A DNA stretch of 64,000 nt, from assembly GCA_004524445.1 (NCBI GenBank), contig SDNP01000001.1:1-64000 (forward strand). The letters run 5' to 3'. Shown in pieces: positions 48,767 through 59,045 of this stretch. Each line of letters starts with the position of its first letter. Positions within the stretch are counted from its first letter, which is position 1. The position numbers were made by a program, and so were the translations under genes. This DNA comes from Candidatus Thorarchaeota archaeon (GTDB lineage: Archaea; Asgardarchaeota; Thorarchaeia; Thorarchaeales; Thorarchaeaceae). A model generated the notes under the pieces. The model saw only the letters and a program-made list of their open reading frames with translations, made no database searches and was not told where the DNA came from.

Positions 48767-50005
48767 GTGTGTTTTGTTGTCCAATATTATTCACAGTCCA
48801 GGAGACCATCTTCGTTGACCCATGGTGAGGTAATAGAATATTCTGCACAGTTAGTAGGTTCGCAGAAAGACACCGAAGAAGACGTTATGGGGTATATATA
48901 TCCGCACTGTCCTGTAGAGATTCTCGCGGCGCATGGTTTCACCGCTTCCCTTCTGAAGGCAGTTCCCGAGATAAAGGGGGGTTTTGAGTCCAGCCTCCAG
49001 ACGTTTGCTTGTTCGTTGACTAGAAACCTCTTCTCACAACGTCAGAATGGTACACTTCCCCCTTTAGATGGCATCCTCTTTCCTGGGAATACTTGTGACT
49101 CCCTCCAGAATGTGGGTGATGTCTGGAAAAAACGGTTTCCAGAAGACAAGGTGTTTCGCCTCACTTATCCAGCTATCATTGACAGAAACGCAGCAATTGA
49201 ATTCCTTAGCAGCGAACTGAGGCTCCTGAGTAACAAGCTCGAGATTCGTTATGGGCGGGCGCTGTCCGAAACAAAATTATCAGATGCTATCTCTTTATGG
49301 AATCAGTTCAGGAATATGACACAATTTGCTTATGCGGCAAGGATTTTGAACCCCACTGTTGTTTCTTATAGTACTCTTTCAAGAAGGGCCCGGAATTTTC
49401 TAAGTCATCCATCACTTCGCAATTTGGACCCCCTGAGAAAACTAGTCACGAAAATCGAACGCGAGATGGATTTAGAGGCTGTGAAGCGGCTTCAGAACGG
49501 ATTGTTGAAAGAACGTCTGTCTGGACTAGATTTCACATTTGATGATTCAAAAACCAGACTGCTTGTGGCTGGTGGGATGGTAGAACCCGCTGCAATATCA
49601 GAGCTTCTTGAACCCTCTCAGAAGCTACAAGATGTTGACATTGTGCTAGACTTGCTGAGTTATGGATTCAAAACTGTCTTTACACCTCCCATCCATGAGG
49701 AAAATCTATTCGATTCAACAGCAAAATCAATGCTTCATTCGCCTCTGGAACCTACACAAGAAGGGCTAACTCGAAGAATGGAGATGCTGAAAGAATATCT
49801 CACGCAACTAAAAATCGATGGCATTGTAGTCTGCGAGCAATCATTTTGTGATCCCGATCAATTTGAAGCACCATCCATGATTCGAGTCGCCAGAAAGCTG
49901 AGTATACCTGCTACGAGGTTGCCTCTCGATCCTGAATTATCAGATAGGTCTCGCATTGAAGGAAGACTGCAAACATTGGTTGAGAGCATTCATGGGGGGA
50001 AATGA
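48767..50005 (+). CDS. 2-hydroxyacyl-CoA dehydratase / benzoyl-CoA reductase family subunit (HgdB/BcrC-like)
   Basis: PVEIL, FACS, TCDSLQ, FCDPDQFE; start uncertain. Confidence 0.85.
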   Translation: MCFVVQYYSQSRRPSSLTHGEVIEYSAQLVGSQKDTEEDVMGYIYPHCPVEILAAHGFTASLLKAVPEIKGGFESSLQTFACSLTRNLFSQRQNGTLPPLDGILFPGNTCDSLQNVGDVWKKRFPEDKVFRLTYPAIIDRNAAIEFLSSELRLLSNKLEIRYGRALSETKLSDAISLWNQFRNMTQFAYAARILNPTVVSYSTLSRRARNFLSHPSLRNLDPLRKLVTKIEREMDLEAVKRLQNGLLKERLSGLDFTFDDSKTRLLVAGGMVEPAAISELLEPSQKLQDVDIVLDLLSYGFKTVFTPPIHEENLFDSTAKSMLHSPLEPTQEGLTRRMEMLKEYLTQLKIDGIVVCEQSFCDPDQFEAPSMIRVARKLSIPATRLPLDPELSDRSRIEGRLQTLVESIHGGK

Positions 50006-50010
50006 CATAG

Positions 50011-51228
50011 ATGGTTGATAATGAAGATACGAACAAAGCATATCGTCGCCTAAAAACTAGCCAGCTACTGCAACGGGTCATGTTCAGATACATGCTGGAA
50101 GGGCATGCAGCGAGTGAAGAGGGAAACCTTGCATATGTCACTTCTGGTTTTCCGGTGGAGATTCCTGTTGCGATGGGTGTAACACCCACCTATCCAGAGC
50201 AATATGGTGCTGTTGTGGGGTCACAAAAGGTGGGCCCGATGATCTGTGGATTTGCTGAGGAGATGGGGTATTCACAAGAGCTATGTTCTTATGCACGATC
50301 AGGAATTGGCTCAGTCAAAAACCCGGGAGCGAGCCCCTTGGAGGGTCTTCCCCGCCCTCAGGCTCTCCTTGCATGCAATAATATCTGTGGAACAGTTTTG
50401 AGATGGTATGATGCAGTAGCTGAGATTACTGGTGCTCCAGTGTTCCTACTAGATACCCCTCCCATGGAGGGGGAACAACTTCCACACCATCGAGAGTATG
50501 TTAAGAAGGGCCTTGATGAACTGGTTGCCTTTCTCTCAAAGACCTTCAAGACTGCTCTTGAGGAAATCAAGCTTCGAGAAGTAGCAGCACTCTCTTCAAA
50601 GGCAATAGATCTGTGGACACAAAGCCTTGAGGCGTGCAAGGCCATCCCCAGTCCTCTAAATTGTGCTGATAGATTTCTCACAATGGCACCTGTTGTGTCT
50701 ATGCGGGGTACAGAACATATTCTTGAATTCTATGAGAAACTACTAGAAGAGGTAAAGACCAGAGTATCTAATGGCATCGGAGCTATCCGTGATGAGAAAA
50801 TCCGTCTTCTCTGGGACAATATCCCTCCCTGGTTTCAGATATTCAAATTCTTCAATGGACTTGCAAAGAGAGGGGTAGTATTTCCAGCTGATACTTACAC
50901 TCACGCTTGGTCGGGCTCAATCAGGGGCGGGAACTTGTATGATAGCATCGCAGATATCTATAGCAACGTATACCTTAACAAGGGTCTGGATGCAAAAATT
51001 GACAAAATGTGTGAATTAATAGAAGATTATCGCCTTGATGGATTTGTGATGTTTTCAGTTAGATCTTGCAAGAGGTATTCCATCGGTCAGCTTGTGTCTA
51101 AAGAAGTGGTCACTGAAAGAACAGGCATACCCGGAGTTGTGATTGAAGGTGATATGGTAGATAGCAGACTATTCAATGATGCTCAAATACAAACTCGGGT
51201 TGATGCACTACTTGAAATGTTCATATGA
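50011..51228 (+). CDS. 2-hydroxyacyl-CoA dehydratase / benzoyl-CoA reductase family subunit (HgdA/BcrB-like)
   Basis: PVEI..YPE, LCSYAR, CNNIC, RSCK, EGDMVD..QTRVDA. Confidence 0.88.
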   Translation: MVDNEDTNKAYRRLKTSQLLQRVMFRYMLEGHAASEEGNLAYVTSGFPVEIPVAMGVTPTYPEQYGAVVGSQKVGPMICGFAEEMGYSQELCSYARSGIGSVKNPGASPLEGLPRPQALLACNNICGTVLRWYDAVAEITGAPVFLLDTPPMEGEQLPHHREYVKKGLDELVAFLSKTFKTALEEIKLREVAALSSKAIDLWTQSLEACKAIPSPLNCADRFLTMAPVVSMRGTEHILEFYEKLLEEVKTRVSNGIGAIRDEKIRLLWDNIPPWFQIFKFFNGLAKRGVVFPADTYTHAWSGSIRGGNLYDSIADIYSNVYLNKGLDAKIDKMCELIEDYRLDGFVMFSVRSCKRYSIGQLVSKEVVTERTGIPGVVIEGDMVDSRLFNDAQIQTRVDALLEMFI

Positions 51229-52026
51229 GTGGATCGCATGGATGAGCCGCAAGAAGTCGCAGTAGGAATCGATGTGGGTTCAACCACAACCAAAGGAGTC
51301 ATGCTCGATGCCAACTCCACCCTAATTGCCTCCTATCTGCTTCCCACTGGTGCATCTGCATTATCATCTGCCTTGAAATGTCTATCTAAATTATCCTCGG
51401 AATCCGGTGTTTCTGCGGATGATACCACAATAGTCAGTACCGGGTATGGGCGGTTACTTGTTGACTTTGCTCATACGCAGGTAACCGAAATAACATGTCA
51501 TAGTATAGGTGTCCATCACCTCAATCCAGGAATTCGCCTACTAATCGATGTTGGGGGACAGGACTCTAAGGTGATTCGCATTGGAAAGAATGGCAAACCC
51601 ACAGACTTCGAGCTCAATGACAAATGCAGTGCTGGTACCGGTCGTTTCCTAGAAGTCATGGCACGAGTCCTAGAAGTATCAATTGATGAGCTCGGACCTT
51701 TGGCATTGAAATCTGACTCGCCCTCCACAATAAGTAGCACATGTACGGTATTTGCGGAGAGCGAAGTGATAGGTCATATTGGTGACGGGGCTAGTCCAGA
51801 GGATATCGCGGCGGGCGTGCATCAATCAATGGCATCCAAAATCAGTACCTTATCTAGACGAGTGGGTATTGTTCCACCAATTGGCCTGACCGGCGGTGTG
51901 GCTCTGAACCCAGCATTTCGGCATTATTTGGGCAAACAGATGAAAGCTGAATTATGGTGCCCTGAAACTCCGCAACATACTGGAGCTTTAGGTGCAGCAC
52001 TTTTGGCAATGAGAACTCTATCGTGA
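51229..52026 (+). CDS. Acyl-CoA dehydratase activase (HgdC/BadF-type ATPase)
   Basis: GIDVGSTTTK, TGYGR, DVGGQDSK, NDKCSAGTG, STCTVFAESE. Confidence 0.93.
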   Translation: MDRMDEPQEVAVGIDVGSTTTKGVMLDANSTLIASYLLPTGASALSSALKCLSKLSSESGVSADDTTIVSTGYGRLLVDFAHTQVTEITCHSIGVHHLNPGIRLLIDVGGQDSKVIRIGKNGKPTDFELNDKCSAGTGRFLEVMARVLEVSIDELGPLALKSDSPSTISSTCTVFAESEVIGHIGDGASPEDIAAGVHQSMASKISTLSRRVGIVPPIGLTGGVALNPAFRHYLGKQMKAELWCPETPQHTGALGAALLAMRTLS

Positions 52027-52036
52027 AAGATACTAC

Positions 52037-52597
52037 TTAGGCTACCATTTCTGGTTCTGCTTTCTTACCTGCCTCAATTCCGAGTTCCAAGGCCTTCAAA
52101 TTAGTTTCGACAAATCTTGGCCAGCGTTCCTTTATTTGTTGTCTCAGACCATCTTCTGTCACAAGCCCAGTGATGGACGCCAGTGCTCCCAACATCACAA
52201 CATTAGTAGACAATTTGCTGCCTACTTCTTCATCCGCAATTCGTGTGGCTGGGATTTTGAAGACCTTAACCCCGTCAGGAACATTCCCCTCTATATCCAC
52301 TAAGTCTTGATCAACAATCAGTGTCCCGCCCTCTTTCAAACCATCTATGTATTCCAAGTAAGCAGCTCTGCTCATTGCAATGAAAACATCAGGTTCCTGT
52401 ACTTTTGGGTAGTCCACTTCTTCATCATCGATGACTATCTCGCTCTTACTTGCTCCGCCTCTTGCTTCTGGACCGTAACTTTGCGTCTGTACGCATTGCT
52501 TTTTTTCGACCAGAGAAAGGGTTTCTCCTAGGACAACCGCCATGGTAACGATTCCTTGCCCTCCGAACCCACCAATTCTAACTTCGTACCTTGCCAT
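52037..52597 (-). CDS. korC: 2-oxoacid:ferredoxin oxidoreductase gamma subunit
   Basis: GFGGQG, QSYGPEARGGAS, NVVMLG. Confidence 0.92.
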   Translation of the reverse strand: MARYEVRIGGFGGQGIVTMAVVLGETLSLVEKKQCVQTQSYGPEARGGASKSEIVIDDEEVDYPKVQEPDVFIAMSRAAYLEYIDGLKEGGTLIVDQDLVDIEGNVPDGVKVFKIPATRIADEEVGSKLSTNVVMLGALASITGLVTEDGLRQQIKERWPRFVETNLKALELGIEAGKKAEPEMVA

Positions 52598-52603
52598 TCT
52601 TCT

Positions 52604-53458
52604 TCAGTCCTGGACTTTCTTATGAGCTTCTCTCAAGACCTTTGTGTACTCGGGCTTCTCGACGTTTACAAACTCACCACAGATAATCTTGCTATCGTAA
52701 TGCAACTCTGCCTCGTGTGGGGGAAGTCCGTTTTGAATCTCGGCAACTTCTAGGAGATGCTGATGCATCTGTACACCCGCTCCAAGTCGATTCATTCTTC
52801 CATATGCTGTTGGACATGCTCCTACAATTTCTATGAAAGAGAAACCATCTTTCGCGATTCCTTTCTCAATCGATTTGGTGGCTCTTCTCGCTTGCACTGC
52901 GGTCCACCGAGATACATATGTTGCTCCTGACGATGCCGCTAGCTTCACTAGATTGAAAGGATGCTCGATGTTCCCAATTGGTCGAGGAGAGGTCTGTGAA
53001 TACCTTTCATGCTCAGTTGTAGGACCAAATTGGCCGCCTGTCATTCCATAATTGAAATTGTTCACGCAGACCACAGTCATGTCGATATTGCGTCTACAGG
53101 CATGGATGAGGTGATTTCCACCAATGGCAGCGATATCGCCATCACCTGAAACCACAATCACTTCCAGTTCAGGGTTGGCAATCTTGACGCCCTCTGCAAA
53201 AGCAATCGCTCTTCCATGGGTAGTGTGAAACGTTCCAGTTTTGAAGTAACCAGAAGTGCGTCCAGTGCAGCCAATTCCCGAAACAACAACAACATTGTTC
53301 CAGTCAAGTTCAAGGCTATCTACTGCACGGGCAATCATTTGGGTAACAATACCTATTGAACAACCCGGACAGTAAATCCAAGGTTGTCGGTCTTCCCTGA
53401 CATACTTAGCCATAGGATGCTTCAGGGTGCTTTGTGTTGTAGTTGCCAGTGGTACCAC
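52604..53458 (-). CDS. korB: 2-oxoacid:ferredoxin oxidoreductase beta subunit
   Basis: YCPGC, SGIGC, HGRA, GDGD...IGGNH, YGMTGGQ, CPT. Confidence 0.93.
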   Translation of the reverse strand: MVPLATTTQSTLKHPMAKYVREDRQPWIYCPGCSIGIVTQMIARAVDSLELDWNNVVVVSGIGCTGRTSGYFKTGTFHTTHGRAIAFAEGVKIANPELEVIVVSGDGDIAAIGGNHLIHACRRNIDMTVVCVNNFNYGMTGGQFGPTTEHERYSQTSPRPIGNIEHPFNLVKLAASSGATYVSRWTAVQARRATKSIEKGIAKDGFSFIEIVGACPTAYGRMNRLGAGVQMHQHLLEVAEIQNGLPPHEAELHYDSKIICGEFVNVEKPEYTKVLREAHKKVQD

Positions 53459-53545
53459 CGAGTGGAGAAAAGGCGGTTATGATAAAAGAGTTGTTGTAAG
53501 AGACATGGACACAATCACTCTGGAAATACAGCAATCCCTTGTTCT

Positions 53546-53776
53546 CTATCTTGCGCTCCTAGCTTTGAGTCTTTTTCTCTCTAGCACTATAGCCAGTATT
53601 CCTCCCGCTAACAGGATAAGGGAAGTCAATACACCTACTGCTACTGTAGAAGCGGTTGTCCACCAAGGATAGCCAGCGGCAATCTGCTCTTCAATAATCC
53701 AATTTGTAAGAATCAATGGAAGAATTGACGATGACACTACCAGAATTCCTATCAACGTCTGTCTTGTGATTTCCAT
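53546..53776 (-). CDS. Hypothetical 2-TM protein
   Basis: Two hydrophobic helices, basic tail. Confidence 0.6.
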   Translation of the reverse strand: MEITRQTLIGILVVSSSILPLILTNWIIEEQIAAGYPWWTTASTVAVGVLTSLILLAGGILAIVLERKRLKARSAR

Positions 53777-53830
53777 GGGGAAACTCGCCTACTACAACTT
53801 ATGTCACACCTCCTGATTAGGGCATTGGAT

Positions 53831-53864
53831 AAGAAAAAAAAAGAGGAGAGGGGATAATCCCCTC
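53831..53864 (-). terminator. Hairpin + long U tract after SBP gene
   Basis: GAGGGGA-TAA-TCCCCTC with adjacent A-run on + strand. Confidence 0.65.
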
Positions 53865-53874
53865 CTTGATTTTA

Positions 53875-55695
53875 CTATTGTCGCATGAGAATGTATCCGC
53901 CAATTAGAATGACTACAGCGGCACCAACTGCTCCTGCGATTATTGCAAGAGCCAGATTCGATGGTATACCTGGGCCCTCAGGACCTGTAGCCTCGTAATC
54001 GAAAGCATAGAAGTAGTCTTCAAAGCGGGTCATCTCCGTGAATTCACCGGCTACATAGTCCGAAACATTGAATGGCCCGGAAGTCACCATGGCGTCCTCA
54101 GGGGGTAATGGATTGTACTGATTCCACGCATTGACCCCCACTTCTTCAAATATGTGCTTAGGAATAATGGGTTTGTAGCCTATGGTGTGCAGATGCCAGT
54201 ATGACTCGGTGTCAAACTCTACAACAAGACTGTAGGTAGTTGGTGCATAGGCAGCTGTCATTTCAGTGAGGTCATTGCCATAGATGTTGCCCGGTGCATC
54301 CCGGAAGTAGTTCAGGCTAAATGCAATATCTTCTGCTGTTATTGGTGTACTATCAGTCCAGGTGGCATTCTGAAGGATATCAAAAGTAATCCTGGTGTAG
54401 CCATCTGGTACTGCAGGGTTATCTTCGTGAGTTTCTGCATTATATGACTCAGCCAACCAATTAACATCTAAACCATCAGGATCCTGAACGATAAGCGAAT
54501 CGTACATCATCTGCAAGATATTGATGGAATACTGAGAGCTCGTCGCCATAAGATTGAAGGTATCAATATCAAGAGGATTACTCCAACGGAATGACCCACC
54601 AAAGGGTCCACCTAGTTCATCTTTGAGATGAACCCTGTAGTTGGTCCAGAATCCTGGAACTCCATCGCTGACATCGTTCACGAATCCCTCGAATCTATCG
54701 GTCCTATATGCAGAAAGCAGGACGTTCTCATAGCAGATGATATATGGACATTCATGGACCACAATCCTTTGCATCTCGATTGCTGCCTCATAGACTTCCT
54801 CATATTCAGTAGAATGGAGCAATTGGTCTCTCCAAGCATCATATGATGAGTTGGCGAAATTAGCGAAGTTCCAGAATGGTTCGTCCTTGTACCCACTCCA
54901 GTATTCATATGCCAACCAATCAACATCGAAGTTGTTGAAACTCGACCCTAGGAAGACAATGTCGTAGTCTCCATGGTAGTAGAGTCTCTGTAGATACTCG
55001 TAGAAGTCAGTGGGAATTGACCTTGCATCAACACCCAGTTCCTGCAGAGCAGTAGCAACAACCTGACCTACTTCAATTGCTATGGATGAAGATTGAGCAC
55101 ACTCAATGAGAATATCAAAGTCTTCTCCGTTAGGTGCCTCACGGATGCCGTCATCATCAACATCGAGAAAGCCAGCATCATCAAGCATCTGATTTCCAAG
55201 TTCAACATTTGCCTCATAGTAGGTGTAAGGCAACTGTCCCTCAATTGAGAAGGGGTTGACCTGCGGCACGGGACTGTCCTGTGGAACAGATAGTCCATCC
55301 CAGACATCGTCTGAGATTCTCTCCTTGTCAACAGCAAACGCGAGCGCCCGCCTGAAGGCTGTTATGTTCATCGGATACTTATCTGTATTGAGTGTCACAT
55401 ATCCATATCCATTTCGTAGCACATTTGCCACGTCGATATCCTCAGCTTCAGTCAGGGTGTCAAGAAACTGCGGGTCGACCATGTCACCGATGAGGTCTAT
55501 CTCATCGTTTTGTAGGGCAAGAACCTGCTGATCATCGCCCTCTATCACATTGAACACAAGTTTCTCAATAAAGGGGCCATTCTTAGAACTGCCCGGAAGA
55601 GTATCTTGTGCCGGCACAAAAAGCGGTGAGAGTGCCATCAATGTAATAACTAGAACGAATGAAAGAGCAAGAATTCGCCTCGACTCTATATTCAT
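53875..55695 (-). CDS. ABC peptide/nickel-type substrate-binding protein (family 5) with C-terminal TM anchor
   Basis: Signal peptide, FRRALAFAVDK, WTDSTPITAEDIAFS, SGPF, C-terminal TM. Confidence 0.88.
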   Translation of the reverse strand: MNIESRRILALSFVLVITLMALSPLFVPAQDTLPGSSKNGPFIEKLVFNVIEGDDQQVLALQNDEIDLIGDMVDPQFLDTLTEAEDIDVANVLRNGYGYVTLNTDKYPMNITAFRRALAFAVDKERISDDVWDGLSVPQDSPVPQVNPFSIEGQLPYTYYEANVELGNQMLDDAGFLDVDDDGIREAPNGEDFDILIECAQSSSIAIEVGQVVATALQELGVDARSIPTDFYEYLQRLYYHGDYDIVFLGSSFNNFDVDWLAYEYWSGYKDEPFWNFANFANSSYDAWRDQLLHSTEYEEVYEAAIEMQRIVVHECPYIICYENVLLSAYRTDRFEGFVNDVSDGVPGFWTNYRVHLKDELGGPFGGSFRWSNPLDIDTFNLMATSSQYSINILQMMYDSLIVQDPDGLDVNWLAESYNAETHEDNPAVPDGYTRITFDILQNATWTDSTPITAEDIAFSLNYFRDAPGNIYGNDLTEMTAAYAPTTYSLVVEFDTESYWHLHTIGYKPIIPKHIFEEVGVNAWNQYNPLPPEDAMVTSGPFNVSDYVAGEFTEMTRFEDYFYAFDYEATGPEGPGIPSNLALAIIAGAVGAAVVILIGGYILMRQ

Positions 55696-55856
55696 TGTTA
55701 TTCTATCTCCTCATTCCGAGTCGAGCCGGATGGTATTACCTAGGTACATTATTAGTTAGGGCTATTGCTCAAAGCATTGATTGAATAAAAAGAATCCAAA
55801 GCGAACCAGTTGTGTATCGGAGCCCCTTCGTATCTGAAACGACTTAGTGAGCGGTT

Positions 55857-56987
55857 TTAGGATACCTGTCTAATCGTCTGGAGAATTTCACTAGGTAACT
55901 GAGGCATGCCGGCAGGCTTTGCCATAAGATGAACAGGGGTCGTTCCTGCCTCGGGTCGGACACTGTGATACACCTGTCCTAGGTTCTGCTCCGGCACAAT
56001 AATCTGATTGACTTGGGTTGCTAGGTCTGCTACCAGCTTTGCTGGAAACGGCCAAACGGTCTTAAGCCTTAGCAGTCCTGCCTTGATGCCTTCTTCTCTG
56101 GCACTCTTGATGGCCTTCTTAGCGCTTCGTGAGGGTGTACCGTAGGCAATGACTGCGATTTCAGCATCATCCAGCATGAATCTTTCATATTCTGAGATTT
56201 CATCTATGTTATTCAAAATCTTGTTATTCAGTCGAGTAACGAGTTCAATCTGAGGTCTCTCTTTGTCCGTAGGGTATCCTCTCTCATCATGTGTCAGGCC
56301 TGTTGCATAAAACTGGTATTTCGAACCGAAGAGTGCCATGGGGGGGACTAAATCATCATCCGGTTTGAATGGAAAATAATCCTCTGGATCAACAGTTGGC
56401 TGTTTTCTATTCACAATCTCGATATCTTTCTCATCTGGAATAACAAGTCGCTCTCGCATGTGTCCAACAGTTTCGTCCGCTAGTACGAATACAGGTGTCC
56501 TGTATTTTTCTGCCAGATTGAATGCCTTTACAGTCTGGTCAAACATCTCCTGTACAGATGCGGGCGTTAGCGCTATAATCTGATAATCACCATGACTTCC
56601 CCACTTTGCCTGCATGACATCTCCCTGCTGGCCCCTTGTTGGTTGTCCGGTACTTGGCCCACCTCGCATGATGTTTACCAATACCAAGGGAGTTTCAGTC
56701 ATCACTGCAAGTCCAATCGCTTCTAGCATTAAACTGACTCCGGGACCTGAGGTGGCAGTCATTGCTTTTGCTCCGGTCCAGGATGCACCGATGACACTTG
56801 TAATAGATGCAATCTCGTCTTCGTATTGGACATATGCACCTCCTAGCTCAGGCATCCGCTGGGACATCCATTCTGCTATCTCTGTTGCTGGTGTAATTGG
56901 GTAGCCCCCAAAGTAACGACAACCAGCGGCTAGTGCTCCTTCCGCACACGCAACATCCCCCATTGTAAACATTTCACGTTTGGGCAT
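55857..56987 (-). CDS. korA: 2-oxoacid:ferredoxin oxidoreductase alpha subunit
   Basis: YPITPATE, EDEIAS, TATSGPG, RGGPSTG.PT. Confidence 0.94.
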   Translation of the reverse strand: MPKREMFTMGDVACAEGALAAGCRYFGGYPITPATEIAEWMSQRMPELGGAYVQYEDEIASITSVIGASWTGAKAMTATSGPGVSLMLEAIGLAVMTETPLVLVNIMRGGPSTGQPTRGQQGDVMQAKWGSHGDYQIIALTPASVQEMFDQTVKAFNLAEKYRTPVFVLADETVGHMRERLVIPDEKDIEIVNRKQPTVDPEDYFPFKPDDDLVPPMALFGSKYQFYATGLTHDERGYPTDKERPQIELVTRLNNKILNNIDEISEYERFMLDDAEIAVIAYGTPSRSAKKAIKSAREEGIKAGLLRLKTVWPFPAKLVADLATQVNQIIVPEQNLGQVYHSVRPEAGTTPVHLMAKPAGMPQLPSEILQTIRQVS

Positions 56988-56988
56988 G

Positions 56989-57336
56989 CTAGTCTTCCTC
57001 CTCTTCCTCTTGCTCCATCAATTCAGGAATGAGGGTATTCTCCTCGAGAGCACCATCATCAATGGCTCTTTGAGCCTCCTCCTTGTCAGCAAGAAAGATT
57101 GCCATGTCCGGACATATGCGCTCACAGAATCCACAATTAACACAAGCATCGATGTCACAGGCAGTTACCGGATGGTATCCCTTCTTATTGTACTTCGACA
57201 TGTCAAAGCATAGAACATTCTTCGGGCAGAATGTTATGCATAGCTCGCACTGCTTGCATTGCTCCTGCAGTATGACGAGTACCTTTTGCCGTGTGCGTCT
57301 GGGTTTTGGTGTAATTGGCTTACGTGCCGTTGACAT
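56989..57336 (-). CDS. korD: 2-oxoacid:ferredoxin oxidoreductase delta (ferredoxin) subunit
   Basis: CKQCELCITFCP, CVNCGFCERICPD; start refined to ATG 57336. Confidence 0.88.
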   Translation of the reverse strand: MSTARKPITPKPRRTRQKVLVILQEQCKQCELCITFCPKNVLCFDMSKYNKKGYHPVTACDIDACVNCGFCERICPDMAIFLADKEEAQRAIDDGALEENTLIPELMEQEEEEED

Positions 57337-57552
57337 CGCTAACTTCTCCTCGAGCAACACGGACAGCTCCACGAGCCGCCGTCCATGACCCGGAGCGTTT
57401 ACCAAGACAATTGCCAGTCTGGCTGAGGTTGGCCTGAATGCTCAAGTATTTAGACCTTGCCTTGGGGGATATGAGATTTCCAAATGGTTTTTGTAGTTTC
57501 TATATCTGATATGCGATATTCAACATGAGCAGAGTTAAAGGAACTCCCACAT

Positions 57553-58053
57553 ATGTCGGGAGTGTCAGAATTGGAGGAGCAAAACTTGTCGGATGATGAT
57601 AAATTGTCAGAAACCGAACTGGCAAAACAGATCAAAGGCAAGACATTGCGCGTATATTGGTATATGCTCCGCCACCCACAACCGATGACTGCGCGAGAGA
57701 TACAACACGGCACGAATCTTTCCAGCCCATCGCTTTCTATGCATCATCTGGAGAAGATGAAAAATCTGGGGGTTGTAGAGAAGGATGTACATGGACAATA
57801 TACCATCAAGAGGGATGTTCGTGTTGGCTTGCTGAACCTTTTCATTGGTCGAGGTAGGCTGTTGGTTCCCCGATTTCTGTTCTATGCAACCTTCTTCACG
57901 TCAGCAACTGCAGCTCTATCAACCATGCTCTGGCAATTTCTTGAATGGTACTCTGTCATTCTGATATTACTACTGGTCCTAGCTTGCATCATACTCTGGT
58001 ATGAAGCACTTACTATTTGGAGAGAACAACCATTTCCGGAGGGAAGCGAATGA
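57553..58053 (+). CDS. Membrane-anchored winged-helix regulator
   Basis: GKTLRVYWY...REIQ...LSSPSLSMHHLEKM plus two C-terminal TM. Confidence 0.85.
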   Translation: MSGVSELEEQNLSDDDKLSETELAKQIKGKTLRVYWYMLRHPQPMTAREIQHGTNLSSPSLSMHHLEKMKNLGVVEKDVHGQYTIKRDVRVGLLNLFIGRGRLLVPRFLFYATFFTSATAALSTMLWQFLEWYSVILILLLVLACIILWYEALTIWREQPFPEGSE

Positions 58054-59045
58054 GTTCTAAAACTAGAACTATTTACCTAAACTATACTAAAAATGCTAAG
58101 CGATCAAGAATGAATTCCTTCAAGCGCCTGAGTAACCAATTTGACTTGAAGACAGGGACGCTACACTCTGGTTTGGCTATTCTCCTTGTCATCTCATTAT
58201 CGCTATCATTGATATCTGGGACTAGCTTATGTTTTCAATCTCCACAGAGCCAAGAAAAAGAACAAATACTTGCTGCTGAACTACCGACACTTAGCCTATT
58301 TTACTATTCGAACTGGAATGATACACTCTTACCCCTAGATTCGGGAGATAGAATCTCGGGCGATCATATTACTCTCAATGCCACATGGAGTCCTTCGGAG
58401 AATGCTAATGGTTCACTCATTGAGGTTAATGCTACGGCGATCCCGATGGTAATCGCGGCATCAAACAACGAATCATCTGTTGAAATCGACACCAGAGCAT
58501 TGGGAAATAATGCCACCGTGACAATCAACTGCACGACATGGCTAACAAATGGCACACCCATCTCACAGTTGATTGAGAATGTATTCTTAGGCAACTTTTT
58601 CAAGCCACATATAGAGATTGTGAGCCCTAACGGGGGCGAAGTATGGACTGGAGTCCATAACATCACTTGGCAGGCTTGGGATAACAACACACAAGAATCC
58701 TTGACGTTTGAAGTCTTACTATCTGCGGACGGAGGAAAAACGTTTCAATTGCTGGAGTCTGACCTTACAACAACATGGGTCGAATGGGATACTACTGGAT
58801 TCTCCAATCTCTCTACATATATGGTCCAAGTGCGTGCAAGTGATGGGATATATGTTGAAGATGACACTTCCGACTCGACCTTCACAGCTGGAGATGTAGC
58901 TACGGGTCCACCCAATTCCACTACAACAGATACTACCACGAATGGCAATGAAGACCTCCGAACTGCTCTCTTCATTGCTGCAGCGATTATTCTTAGTGCC
59001 TTCTTTGCGGTGATAGTGTACTATCTAGCTAAGAGAGAATTCTAG
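58050..59045 (+). CDS. Surface glycoprotein with Ig-like (SPNGGE) domain, Thr-rich linker and C-terminal TM
   Basis: N-terminal TM, many NxS/T sequons, IVSPNGGEVW, TTTDTTT linker. Confidence 0.75.
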   Translation: MSSKTRTIYLNYTKNAKRSRMNSFKRLSNQFDLKTGTLHSGLAILLVISLSLSLISGTSLCFQSPQSQEKEQILAAELPTLSLFYYSNWNDTLLPLDSGDRISGDHITLNATWSPSENANGSLIEVNATAIPMVIAASNNESSVEIDTRALGNNATVTINCTTWLTNGTPISQLIENVFLGNFFKPHIEIVSPNGGEVWTGVHNITWQAWDNNTQESLTFEVLLSADGGKTFQLLESDLTTTWVEWDTTGFSNLSTYMVQVRASDGIYVEDDTSDSTFTAGDVATGPPNSTTTDTTTNGNEDLRTALFIAAAIILSAFFAVIVYYLAKREF

